NCBI GenBank assembly: GCA_046483985.1
Contig: JAWOCD010000107.1
Coordinates: 1-41,299 of the forward strand
Direction of reading: 5' to 3'
Length of the DNA: 41,299 bases
Source of the DNA: Promethearchaeia archaeon
GTDB taxonomy: Archaea; Asgardarchaeota; Lokiarchaeia; Sigyniarchaeales; SOKP01
Shown one piece after another: positions 30,601-38,665 of this stretch. The position numbers and the translations under genes were made by a program. The notes under the pieces were generated by a model. The model saw only the letters and a program-made list of their open reading frames with translations, was not told where the DNA came from and searched no databases. Positions within the stretch are counted from its first letter, which is position 1. Each line of letters opens with the position of its first letter.

Positions 30601-30766
30601 AAAAGCCCGTGTAATTAACGCTGTTTGTAAGGGATGTGGAGTTTGTGTTGCTGAATGTCCTTTAGGAGCAATAGATCAAAATCATTTCAGCAAACATCAA
30701 ATTAGCAAGCAAATTGATCTCCTACCTGGAATTAAACAAGAATCCATTGTAAAAGAGGGAAACTAA
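27644..30766 (+). CDS. hdrA: Heterodisulfide reductase subunit A-like, tandem double-module form (all-Cys)
   Basis: Two GGGxAG FAD motifs; QLDKTFPTLDCSLC; inserted 2x[4Fe-4S]; YCSAICC and YCSNICC; internal VCQCGINIG N-domain; C-terminal ferredoxin; EAHVKLRPVDF. Confidence 0.93.
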   Translation: MSQLQSSVLVIGGGIAGIQTSLDLTELGFKVYMVEKKSTIGGAMAQLDKTFPTLDCSLCILAPKMVEVYRNPNIDLFTYSYVDKIVGEAGNYEIEVIRKPRYVKEGICKGCGDCADICPVRGIPSNFDEGLKTHSAAHVPFPSAVPPVYLIDDSKCLQINYGICGLCQQACQADAIDFTQEEEKISLKVGAIVIATGWIQDNPENYHRLAGSSPNVVSSMQFERLLSANGPTGGELIRLNDKKHPKKIAFIQCVGSRDFHHPECKKYCSAICCMGAAKQAIIATEHAPDTETFIYNTEIRAKGKNFYEFIEKSQEEYGVEYINGRASQIKEDPKTGELLISYEDMDKGIVTTDRADMAVLASALYPDKSYYKLLNCLDAGINELEFVHDDDVIKLEEQNIFFTGYSRTPKDIPTSVAEGSACAAKISEKLYPVRFEDTVELEFPPEKEIKIEDEPRVGVLVCQCGINIGGVVDTTAVVDYIESLPYVVHAEENMYSCSSDSQERIKEMIEEYDLNRFIVASCTPRTHEPLFQNTLREAGLNPFLFELVNIRDQDSWVHQDEPEAATEKAKDLIRMYLAKVVNLKPLKRLKVDVKKTTLVIGGGVAGITAAHNLAEQGFEVYIADMKPKLGGNSIEFIDLYNLPIHKRDIIEEIKDLKRLPNVHVLTNHKVNKVYGYVGNYHISAQNLKESRSKEFDVGTIIVATGSNQGQTDRWQKVAEKYPERVMTQSELEAKTEDELLEFQDATIVLCVDQRKNEYNKGENVKTYCSNICCMVALKNIEKLLQINPEANIHILYRELQFSDLNSERLWRELRKKPNVSFERYRSIDNIQITGRKKHLHVNYPNVGAGCNVEYDSDLLIMATPEIPAKGTEDLAKMLKVPTTKDGFFLEAHVKLRPVDFATEGIFLCGGAHWPKWIDESRIQAYGAAGRATILMAKGEVETEGITSYVQEEKCVGCGRCEDACPYSAIEMIEIKKKMGLYEVTELKARVINAVCKGCGVCVAECPLGAIDQNHFSKHQISKQIDLLPGIKQESIVKEGN

Positions 30767-30779
30767 GAGGCAAATAATT

Positions 30780-31265
30780 ATGAAAAAATCTAAAGAAAGT
30801 GAAGAACAAGAATTTCAACCAGAAATATTAGTTTTTTGTTGTAATTGGTGTAGTTATGCTGGGGCGGATTTGGCTGGAGTATCTCGATTTCAATATCCAC
30901 CGAGCATTAGAATTGTACGGGTTATGTGTTCTGGTCGGGTACAGCCTTCCTTTATATTGGAAGCGTTCTCTAAGGGTATTGACGGTGTATTAGTTACCGG
31001 ATGCCATATTGGAGATTGCCATTACATTTCTGGAAATGAATATACTTTAGAGAGAATGGAGCATATGGAAAAGTTACTCGAAAAGTTGGGAATCGAAAAA
31101 GAGCGATTTCGGTTACATTGGATATCGGCATCAGAAGGAAAGCAATTTGCAGAATTGATAAGAGAATTTACGAGGGATGTTAAGAAAGTCGGACCTTCCC
31201 CCATCTCAAAAAAGCTTGGTCAAATAGAATTTCACAGAGAAAGTATAAAACAAGAATCAACCTAA
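30780..31265 (+). CDS. mvhD: MvhD [2Fe-2S] subunit (Cys form)
   Basis: FCCNWCSYAGADLAG, RVMCSGRV, GCHIGDCHY and WISASEG motifs. Confidence 0.95.
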   Translation: MKKSKESEEQEFQPEILVFCCNWCSYAGADLAGVSRFQYPPSIRIVRVMCSGRVQPSFILEAFSKGIDGVLVTGCHIGDCHYISGNEYTLERMEHMEKLLEKLGIEKERFRLHWISASEGKQFAELIREFTRDVKKVGPSPISKKLGQIEFHRESIKQEST

Positions 31266-31286
31266 AAGGAGGAAAAATGAAAAAGA

Positions 31287-32399
31287 ATGGTTGAATCAAA
31301 AAAAAAGACTATGCAAAAAAAAGATGTAAAGACCTTCGAAGATTTAGAAAAGGAAGTAATCCATAATGATCTATGCTGTGCTTGCGGTGCTTGTGTGAGC
31401 TATTGTGAAAGTCAAGCATTTGATGTAATTAAAATGGTGAATTATACCCCCCAATTTAAATCCGATAAAAATGCCGAAAATTGCACTGAGTGCGGTGTAT
31501 GTTATTATATCTGCCCTCAAACAGAACCAATTTTAGAGCAAATAACTCAAAAATATAAAATTGAAGATGAAACTGGGCATATTGAGGATGTTTTGGCGGC
31601 AAAAACGACTAATGAGAAAATAAATGAATTGGGTCAAGATGGAGGAGTCGTTACCACCTTGCTTACATATTTATTTGATAGACATTTGATCGATGCAGCC
31701 GTAGTATCTCAATACGACGAAAAGTTAGAACCAAAGCCAAAACTGGTCTTCAATAAAGAAGAACTACTCAAATCGGCAGGCACTCGCTATTCGGTTTCTC
31801 CCCAGTTTCTCCCGCTTAAGGATCTCTATAACCTTGGACCAGAATCTCTGAAAGAGGGGAATATCTATGATATCAATTCTTTGCGGGTGGCATTTGTTGG
31901 AACTCCTTGCCAACTTCGTGCATTAAGAAAAATGCATTATCTTAATATCAGTCCAGCTCATGTAATTAAATATGTTATTGGGTTGTTTTGTTTTGAGAAC
32001 TTCGATTACAAAAAACTCTACGATATATTAAAGAAAAAGACCAAAACAGAGCCTTCAGAGATTCAAAAAACATGGATTAAAAAGAACTTCTTTTTGAAAA
32101 CAAAGGAGGGGGACGAGCATGAGGTAAATATCAAAAAATTAGATCCGGCAGTCCGGAGCAATTGCCACGAATGTGATGAGTTCACCTCAATGTTTTCTGA
32201 TATCAGCGTGGGTGCGTCCGGAGCGCCTCAAGGATACTCAATGATAATCATCCGTACAGAAACAGGGGAGGAATTGGTAAATCATGCCCTCGCAAACGAA
32301 TATATTGAACGGTATATTGTCCCACCCGAAAAGGGGCAAGAATGGAAGCAGAAAAAGAAGGAATGGTTTAAGAAGATGGTCTCATTTAAAACAAAATAA
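31287..32399 (+). CDS. Coenzyme F420 hydrogenase/dehydrogenase beta subunit (FrhB/FpoF-like)
   Basis: N-terminal 2x[4Fe-4S]; GQDGGVVT, AGTRY, VGTPCQ, GLFCFENF and CHEC...DISVG motifs. Confidence 0.9.
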   Translation: MVESKKKTMQKKDVKTFEDLEKEVIHNDLCCACGACVSYCESQAFDVIKMVNYTPQFKSDKNAENCTECGVCYYICPQTEPILEQITQKYKIEDETGHIEDVLAAKTTNEKINELGQDGGVVTTLLTYLFDRHLIDAAVVSQYDEKLEPKPKLVFNKEELLKSAGTRYSVSPQFLPLKDLYNLGPESLKEGNIYDINSLRVAFVGTPCQLRALRKMHYLNISPAHVIKYVIGLFCFENFDYKKLYDILKKKTKTEPSEIQKTWIKKNFFLKTKEGDEHEVNIKKLDPAVRSNCHECDEFTSMFSDISVGASGAPQGYSMIIIRTETGEELVNHALANEYIERYIVPPEKGQEWKQKKKEWFKKMVSFKTK

Positions 32400-32661
32400 C
32401 GAATGTGCGCCATAATGTCCTAATAAACTTATTTCTTATTCTTTAAATGCCCTTTTAATTATCTTCCTAAATAGTATAGAGATTTTGTTGTAATTTTAAA
32501 TATTTTCAAAATAATCTATAAACAAGGTTATTTTTTAAAAAATCTTTAATTATTATAATTAAAGCTGAATATTGTTCGAAAGATAACAAGTAAACATATA
32601 AATATAGAATCTCTATTATTAATTGAAGAAAAAATATACAAAAAAAAGTGAAAAGTGAAAA

Positions 32662-34584
32662 ATGAGTAAGGCTGAAGAGAAAACTCTTCCGGAAGAAATC
32701 AAAGGTTATTCTCAAAAGCGACTTGACATCGATTTAACTAATGGTTCGATCAAGGAAACTGAACTCTCAGAAGAATTCTGTCGTGATTGGATCGGCGGAT
32801 ATGGATTTGGTGCTAAAGTCCTCTGGGATGAGTTGGAGCCTGGTGTTGATCCTTTAGGGCCAGATAACGTTTTTGTTTGGGCAATAGGACCTTTTCCCAC
32901 AACTATATTACCAACAAGTTCAAAATATGGAGTATTTGCTAAATCCCCTTTAACAGGAATGTTCGGGATGTCAATCTCCTCGGGCTCAGTTGGTGCTCAA
33001 GCACGACGCGCTGGCGTCAATATGATTGTAATTAAAGGAAAGGCTCCAGAACCAGTATATTTAGTAGTGGACGGCGATGATAGATATCTGAAACCGTGCG
33101 AGGATACTGTGTGGGGGAAAGGATGTTGGGAAACCGAAGAGATGATTAGGGAGGAATTCCAAGACCAGAGAATGGCTGTTATGGCTATTGGCCCCGCTGG
33201 AGAACGGACAAGCCGAATGGCATGTATCACCAATGATAGAAATCGCCAAGCTGGTAGAACGGGGATGGGTTCTGTCATGGGAAGCAAAAATCTGAAAGCA
33301 ATGGCGTTTCGGGGAACAGAAGGAATAAAGGTTACCAAGCCAGTAGAATTTTACCAAAAAGCAAAAAAGCTAATTAAAATTGCTAATGGACCAGCAACTG
33401 GAAAATACCGCGATTTAGGAACTCCCGCGGGTTTGACAATTTATAATAAGCTGGGGATGATGCCTTCTTACAATCACCGGGAAGGAGTATTTGATGGAAT
33501 TGATGTAATAAATGGAGAAACTCTCAATGAGGAATGGGTTGAGAAGAAGGTTGCTTGTAGCCAATGTCCCGTTGCATGTGATCACCTTGCCAAGGTCCCG
33601 AAATCTCATCCAGATTATCCTGGATTAGTAGCTAGCGTCGATATTGAACTTATTTATGGTTTCGGCACGGGCACAGGTTGTTCTGATTGGCCGACAATCT
33701 TCAAATGCATTCAACTTTGCGATGATCTAGGAATTGATGCTATTTCTGGTGGCGTTACCGCTCAGATGGCGTGTGAATTGTATGAACTCGGGATAATTAC
33801 CAAAGATGATTTGGGATATGAACTACCTTTTGGCTCCACCCATAATTTGGTGCGATTTACCAGAGAAATGATTCTTGGTGAAGGATTTGCAGGGGAAATT
33901 TTTGGAGATGGAACCAGAAAGGCTGGAAAGCGACTTGAGGAAATGGGTCGTGAAAATGCAAGTTATTATGGAATGAATATTAAAGGTTTAGAGATGCCCG
34001 CTTTTGATCTCCATGGCATGAGTTCTTTTGCTGTTGGTGAAAGTGTAGCCATACGAGGTGCTTGTCATCTTCGAAACGGAGCATACGGTCTAGACAGAGA
34101 TGGTAAATTTGATCGGTTTGCTTATGACAAGCCTCTTAAACGGGGAAAAGCAATAATGGGAAAAGAGGACATATATACAATCATTGACAGCTTTATTATT
34201 TGCAAATTTACCCGTGGAATCTACGAAGACGAAAGTGAAATGGCCGAAGTCTATGAATTAGTAACCGGCATTCCAATGACTGAAGAATTCCTGCTGAAAA
34301 GAGGAGAAGCGATTACCAACTTGTCTAAGTGTTTTAATATCAGAGAAGGGTGGACACGTGATGATGATCATCCCCCAGAAAGACTTTTTGAGGAGGCCCA
34401 TTCAAAAGGACCCGCAAAAGGAGTCACCTTAGAGGAAGAAGGTTTCCAAAAATTGTTATCGGGATACTATGAAACGAGAGGCTGGGATACAGAAACCGGC
34501 ATTCCAACTGATGAAAAATTAAAAGAACTCGGATTAGAGTTTACAATTGATGAAATGAAAAAAGCGAGGGAGAATGTTAAATGA
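32662..34584 (+). CDS. aor: Tungsten-dependent aldehyde:ferredoxin oxidoreductase family protein
   Basis: KSPLTG, IGPAGE, AGRTGMGSVMGSKNLKA, CSQCPVAC, DDLGIDAIS, RGACH, ICKF and YYETRGWD motifs. Confidence 0.95.
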   Translation: MSKAEEKTLPEEIKGYSQKRLDIDLTNGSIKETELSEEFCRDWIGGYGFGAKVLWDELEPGVDPLGPDNVFVWAIGPFPTTILPTSSKYGVFAKSPLTGMFGMSISSGSVGAQARRAGVNMIVIKGKAPEPVYLVVDGDDRYLKPCEDTVWGKGCWETEEMIREEFQDQRMAVMAIGPAGERTSRMACITNDRNRQAGRTGMGSVMGSKNLKAMAFRGTEGIKVTKPVEFYQKAKKLIKIANGPATGKYRDLGTPAGLTIYNKLGMMPSYNHREGVFDGIDVINGETLNEEWVEKKVACSQCPVACDHLAKVPKSHPDYPGLVASVDIELIYGFGTGTGCSDWPTIFKCIQLCDDLGIDAISGGVTAQMACELYELGIITKDDLGYELPFGSTHNLVRFTREMILGEGFAGEIFGDGTRKAGKRLEEMGRENASYYGMNIKGLEMPAFDLHGMSSFAVGESVAIRGACHLRNGAYGLDRDGKFDRFAYDKPLKRGKAIMGKEDIYTIIDSFIICKFTRGIYEDESEMAEVYELVTGIPMTEEFLLKRGEAITNLSKCFNIREGWTRDDDHPPERLFEEAHSKGPAKGVTLEEEGFQKLLSGYYETRGWDTETGIPTDEKLKELGLEFTIDEMKKARENVK

Positions 34585-35114
34585 GTTCACAAAAAAAGAA
34601 AAAGATGCACGAATATATCTTTGTTGACCCCGAACTGTGTACGGGATGCGAAACGTGTGAATCAGTTTGCTCCTTTGTGCATGACGGAGAATTTAATCCC
34701 ATCAATACGCGAATCCATCGGGTACGTATTGAGCCGTTAATTAATATCGCCTTGTCATGTCAAAAGTGTGAAGATGCCCCGTGTATCCGTTCTTGCCCTG
34801 AAAAAGCCTTGGAAAAGGATGCAGAAGGATCGATCATTGTGGATGAAGATAAATGTAATGGTTGCGGATTTTGCGTACGAGCGTGTGATTTTGGTGTAAT
34901 TTCCTTGCATTTAGAGACTCAGAAAGGAATTGTTTGTGACCTCTGTGAGGGAATGAAAGAAGAGTTTATCGACCCTGAAGTGGGAGAAAGAGAGCCACAG
35001 TGTATTGAAGTATGTCCTAAAGAGGCTATTTCGTTGAAGAGCGTGGAGCAAATCGGAGAAGGGACGCGAATAGATGCAGTTCGTCGATTATTCGCCGAAG
35101 AATTAGAACAATAA
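34581..35114 (+). CDS. 4x[4Fe-4S] ferredoxin-like subunit associated with AOR
   Basis: CTGCETCESVC, CQKCEDAPCIRSCP, CNGCGFCVRAC and CDLC...CIEVCP motifs; ATGA overlap with aor. Confidence 0.9.
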   Translation: MSSQKKKKMHEYIFVDPELCTGCETCESVCSFVHDGEFNPINTRIHRVRIEPLINIALSCQKCEDAPCIRSCPEKALEKDAEGSIIVDEDKCNGCGFCVRACDFGVISLHLETQKGIVCDLCEGMKEEFIDPEVGEREPQCIEVCPKEAISLKSVEQIGEGTRIDAVRRLFAEELEQ

Positions 35115-35266
35115 TTGTTTCTCTCTTAATTTTAATTATTCTTTTTTTAATTTATTCTATTCCTTTTATTTTTTTTGATGTCAAGATGAAATCCTAACTT
35201 CTTACATTTAATGATTTTCAAATATAATCAAATTTTTCGAATAATTTATCCCCAAGTATCTAGTCT

Positions 35267-35425
35267 ATGAATGACTCTAAAAAAGAAAGAGCACCCATTC
35301 GGCTTTCCAAAGCAGATTATGAAAGAGCATATGAAAAAGCAAAGGAATTCAAAAAATTAGTTGAGAAGGGGAAAACAAAGGAAGAAATCTTTAAGGATTT
35401 ACTCAGGTTGATATCTGTTGACTAG
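35267..35425 (+). CDS. Small 52-aa protein, putative antitoxin partner (not in ORF track)
   Basis: MNDSKKERAPIRLSKADYERAYEKAKEFKKLVEKGKTKEEIFKDLLRLISVD; overlaps the downstream NTase-like ORF by 8 nt. Confidence 0.5.
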   Translation: MNDSKKERAPIRLSKADYERAYEKAKEFKKLVEKGKTKEEIFKDLLRLISVD

Positions 35426-35720
35426 TGAATCTTTATTACAAATTATTTTTCAGAAAGCTAACCAATTAGAAATACCTATAGTGATTCTTGGAGGATTGGC
35501 ATTACCAGCTTACAATGCTGCTAGAACAACGTTTGACATAGATATTGTACAAATTATAATTAACAATTATAAAGAAATAGATTGGGAATACCTGCGATTC
35601 AGACTAGAGTGGGGTAATGTTAAAAAAGACCTAAAAAAGATTCTAGAAGGACCCGAGGCAACTATGAGAGATGAATTAAAAGATATTTTAGATAAGGCTT
35701 TAAAGCAAACCGAATGCTAA
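35418..35720 (+). pseudogene. Internally shortened nucleotidyltransferase (AbiEii/DUF6036-like)
   Basis: ILGGLAL...RTTFDIDI motif joined directly to C-terminal IDWEYL helices; the usual middle of the domain appears to be missing. Confidence 0.6.
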
Positions 35721-36014
35721 CTTAAAACCAATTATAATAATATAAGAATTGGTATTATTCGACAAAATGCCATTTAAAAAAGGTTTTATCTGATTTTATG
35801 GTTATATTTTTAATGGTTTTCAAATATACCTAATTTCTCCGAATAATTTACCGAATAGAAAATTAATTTTTTAATAGTTAGACTATTTTCATAAATAATA
35901 ATATTCTTATAAAAAAAACAAATAAACTATATAACAACAACTACTAAGAATAATTTTTGTTAGAATCTGAATAAATAATATTCTTCGGAGGAGAAAAGAA
36001 CAAGGTATAGAATA

Positions 36015-37982
36015 ATGTCTGCTAAAGAACAGACCAAGGAAAGTGAACAAAGAATTGGAGTTTTCGTTTGTCGTTGAGGTATAAACATTGCTGGTATATT
36101 AGATGTTCCAGAGATTGTAGAACGGATTAATAATCTGGATGATGAGAACGTTCGAGCCTATGAGTATTTATCTATGTGCACGGAAGGAGGATCTACATAT
36201 ATCAAAGAGCAAATTGAGGAATTCGACTTAGACCGGATAGTCGTGGCCGCATGCACCCCAAAAACGCATCAACCCGTATTTCATGCTATTTTGGATGAAG
36301 CAGGTTTACCACCTCGATACTTAGAGTTTGTCAATATCAGAGAACATTGTTCATTTGTACATCAACAACAAAAGGAAGTTGCCACGGAAAAAGCCATTGA
36401 ATTAATTAAAGCGGGAATTGCACGAGCAAGATTATTAGAAGATGTTCCAACCAAGACTGTGTCGGTAAAAAATAAGGCATTAGTAGTTGGCGGCGGAATC
36501 GCGGGATTATCCTCGGCTATAGATCTTGCAGATGCAGGATATCAAGTTCATTTGGTTGAGAAAAAAACCACTATCGGTGGCAGAATGTCTCAATTGGATA
36601 GAACATTCCCGACTGACGATTGTTCCATCTGAATCCTCGGACCAAAGATGCTTGAAGCTAATCGTCATCCAAATATCAACATATTATCGTATAGTGAAGT
36701 CGTAGAGGTAGATGGGTTTATTGGGAATTTTGAAGTAAAAGTAAAACGGAAGCCCCGATATGTTGAGGAAGATTCATGTACCGGATGTGGTCAATGCACT
36801 GATGTATGCCCGATTTATGTTCCAAATTATTTCGATGAAAACTTATCGGCTCGTAAGTGTATTGATATCTCATTCGCGCAAGCGGTGCCAGCAATTTATG
36901 ATATCGACCGAGAATCATGTGTCGAATGTTTTGCATGCGTAGATGCATGTGATCAAGAATCCATAGATTTCAGTCAGAGAGAGTGGTTTGTTGATCTCGA
37001 AGTGGGTACAATTATAGTCGCAACGGGCTGGGATCTCTATCAAGGAGATGATTACGGTTATGGCGTCTATGATAATGTCATTAGCCAAATCCAGCTTGAA
37101 CGGATACTTGCCCCGAATGGTCCAACCTTCGGACATTTAATACGGCCTTCGGATAGAAAACGACCAAAACGAATACTTTTCATCAACTGCGTTGGTTCCA
37201 GGAACCTCAATACTAATGAGTATTGCAGTGTAGTGTGCTGTAACCTTTCGGTTAAAAACTCAAAACTCATCAAGTCAGAATATCCAGACTCAGAAATAAT
37301 AGTTTCGTATATAGACATGCGTTGCGCTGGGAAAGATTATGAGGAATATTTTAGACGAGCTCGTGACGCGGGAATTGTCTTTACCAAGGGAAAAGTAGGG
37401 GAAATCGAAGAGGACACCGAAACAAAAAATCTCCGTGTGAAAATGGAACCAGTAGGGACAGACACCGTCTTAGAATCTGAATTTGATCTGGTTGTTTTAT
37501 CATCGGCCTCTCTACCATCCCAAGGCACGAAAGAGATCGCACAAGTACTCAATATTGAAAAAAGTGCGGATGGATTTCTAAAAGAGTATCATGCTCGCTT
37601 AGATCCTATTAATACGAAAGTACCCGGAATCTATTTGGCAGGATCTTGTCAAAGCCAAAAAGGAATTGACAAAACGGTTTCTCAAGCAAAAGGTGCCGCC
37701 TCATCGGCTGCAATTCCCATGGGAAAGGGAGAATTCACAATGGAACTAATCCGAGCAAAGCCCTTAGATGAGAGATGCGCGAAATGTTATAAATGCATAG
37801 AATCTTGTCCATACAGCGCTATTTCAGTCAATGAAAAAGGAAATTTGGTCGTTGATATCATTAAATGTAGAGGATGCGGAACGTGTGAGAGTGTATGTCC
37901 TTCTAAGGCGATTGAACTAACCTATTATCGAGATGACCAGTATATGGCATATATTGACGAATTATTACCGATCGAGGATTAA
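36015..37982 (+). CDS. hdrA: Selenocysteine-containing HdrA (655 aa; Sec21, Sec206)
   Basis: ATG 36015 is in frame with ORFs 36174-36632 and 36648-37982. TGA 36075-77 in RIGVFVCR-U-GINIAG aligns with RVGVLVCQ-C-GINIGG of the paralog. TGA 36630-32 in DCSI-U-ILGPKM aligns with DCSL-C-ILAPKM. Confidence 0.93.
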
Positions 37983-37986
37983 AGAG

Positions 37987-38421
37987 GTGTCAAATATTAC
38001 AAATAATGGAGATATTAGAATAATTGCTTTCTTGTGCTGGAAATGAGGATATGGTGCAGCGGATATGGCCGGAACCATTCGAGCTCAATATCCTCCATCA
38101 ATCCGGACTGTTTTAGTTCCATGCACTGGACGAGTAGGTTCTGAAGTGATTATGAGAGCATTTGGACGGGGTGCCGACGGCGTAATGGTCGTGGGATGAT
38201 ATCCAAAAGAATGTGATTATGAAACCGGAAATTACTTCGCACATCGGCAAGTAGAGTACCTCAAAAATGTATTAGAGACCGCAGGACTGAGCAGTAAAAG
38301 AATCATAATGGAGTTTTGCAGTGCTGCAGAAGGTCAGAAATTCCAAAAAGTCGCTACGCAATTCGACAAGGAAATTAAGGAACTTGGTCCTTCCCCTTTG
38401 CGGGCGGATGACAAACGATAA
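37987..38421 (+). CDS. mvhD: Selenocysteine-containing MvhD/VhuD (about 144 aa; Sec20, Sec71), missed by ORF track
   Basis: GTG start (ATT 37996 after GAGGTG is an alternative). FLCWK-U-GYGAADMAG (TGA 38044-46), VPCTGRV, VVG-U-YPKECDY (TGA 38197-99), FCSAAEG; TAA 38419-21. Both TGAs match Cys of the MvhD at 30780. Confidence 0.93.
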
Positions 38422-38430
38422 AAGAAATAA

Positions 38431-38507
38431 AATGTGCTCCTAATGAGGCCAGATTACAAAATGTTAGAATTTGGCTGAAGAATAGGAAGCCCCTTTTAAC
38501 GCACATT
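38431..38507 (+). promoter_or_regulatory. Eukaryote-like SECIS element in 3' UTR
   Basis: Helix I TCCTA/TAGGA; core ATGA (38443-46) and TGAA (38476-79); helix II GCCAGATT/AATTTGGC; apical AAAA (38458-61); outer stem AATGTGC/GCACATT. Confidence 0.88.
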
Positions 38508-38665
38508 TATTTATCCACATTTACCATCAAGAAAAAATATAAAAATCATAACAAAAAGTTCCAAAATATTAAAATTTAAAGAAACAAGGTTTAAAGTATA
38601 GTTGAGAAAACTAATTTATCATTATTATTAAAAAAATTTATTAAAAATTAAAGAGTTGGAGTCAA

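Noticed and set aside
36174-37982. Two separate genes as given by the ORF track
   Set aside because: They are in the same frame, separated by a single TGA, and form one continuous HdrA.
37933-37986. Upstream in-frame ATG for Sec-mvhD, or an hdrA-mvhD fusion
   Set aside because: That ATG lies about 50 nt inside hdrA. hdrA ends at TAA in a different frame, and GTG 37987 fits MvhD length.
36015-38421. Genome-wide UGA reassignment (Trp/Gly) or simple pseudogenes as the explanation for the in-frame TGAs
   Set aside because: TGA is a true stop in other genes here (11722, 19965, 34582). All four internal TGAs fall on conserved Cys positions, there are no frameshifts, and a SECIS follows.
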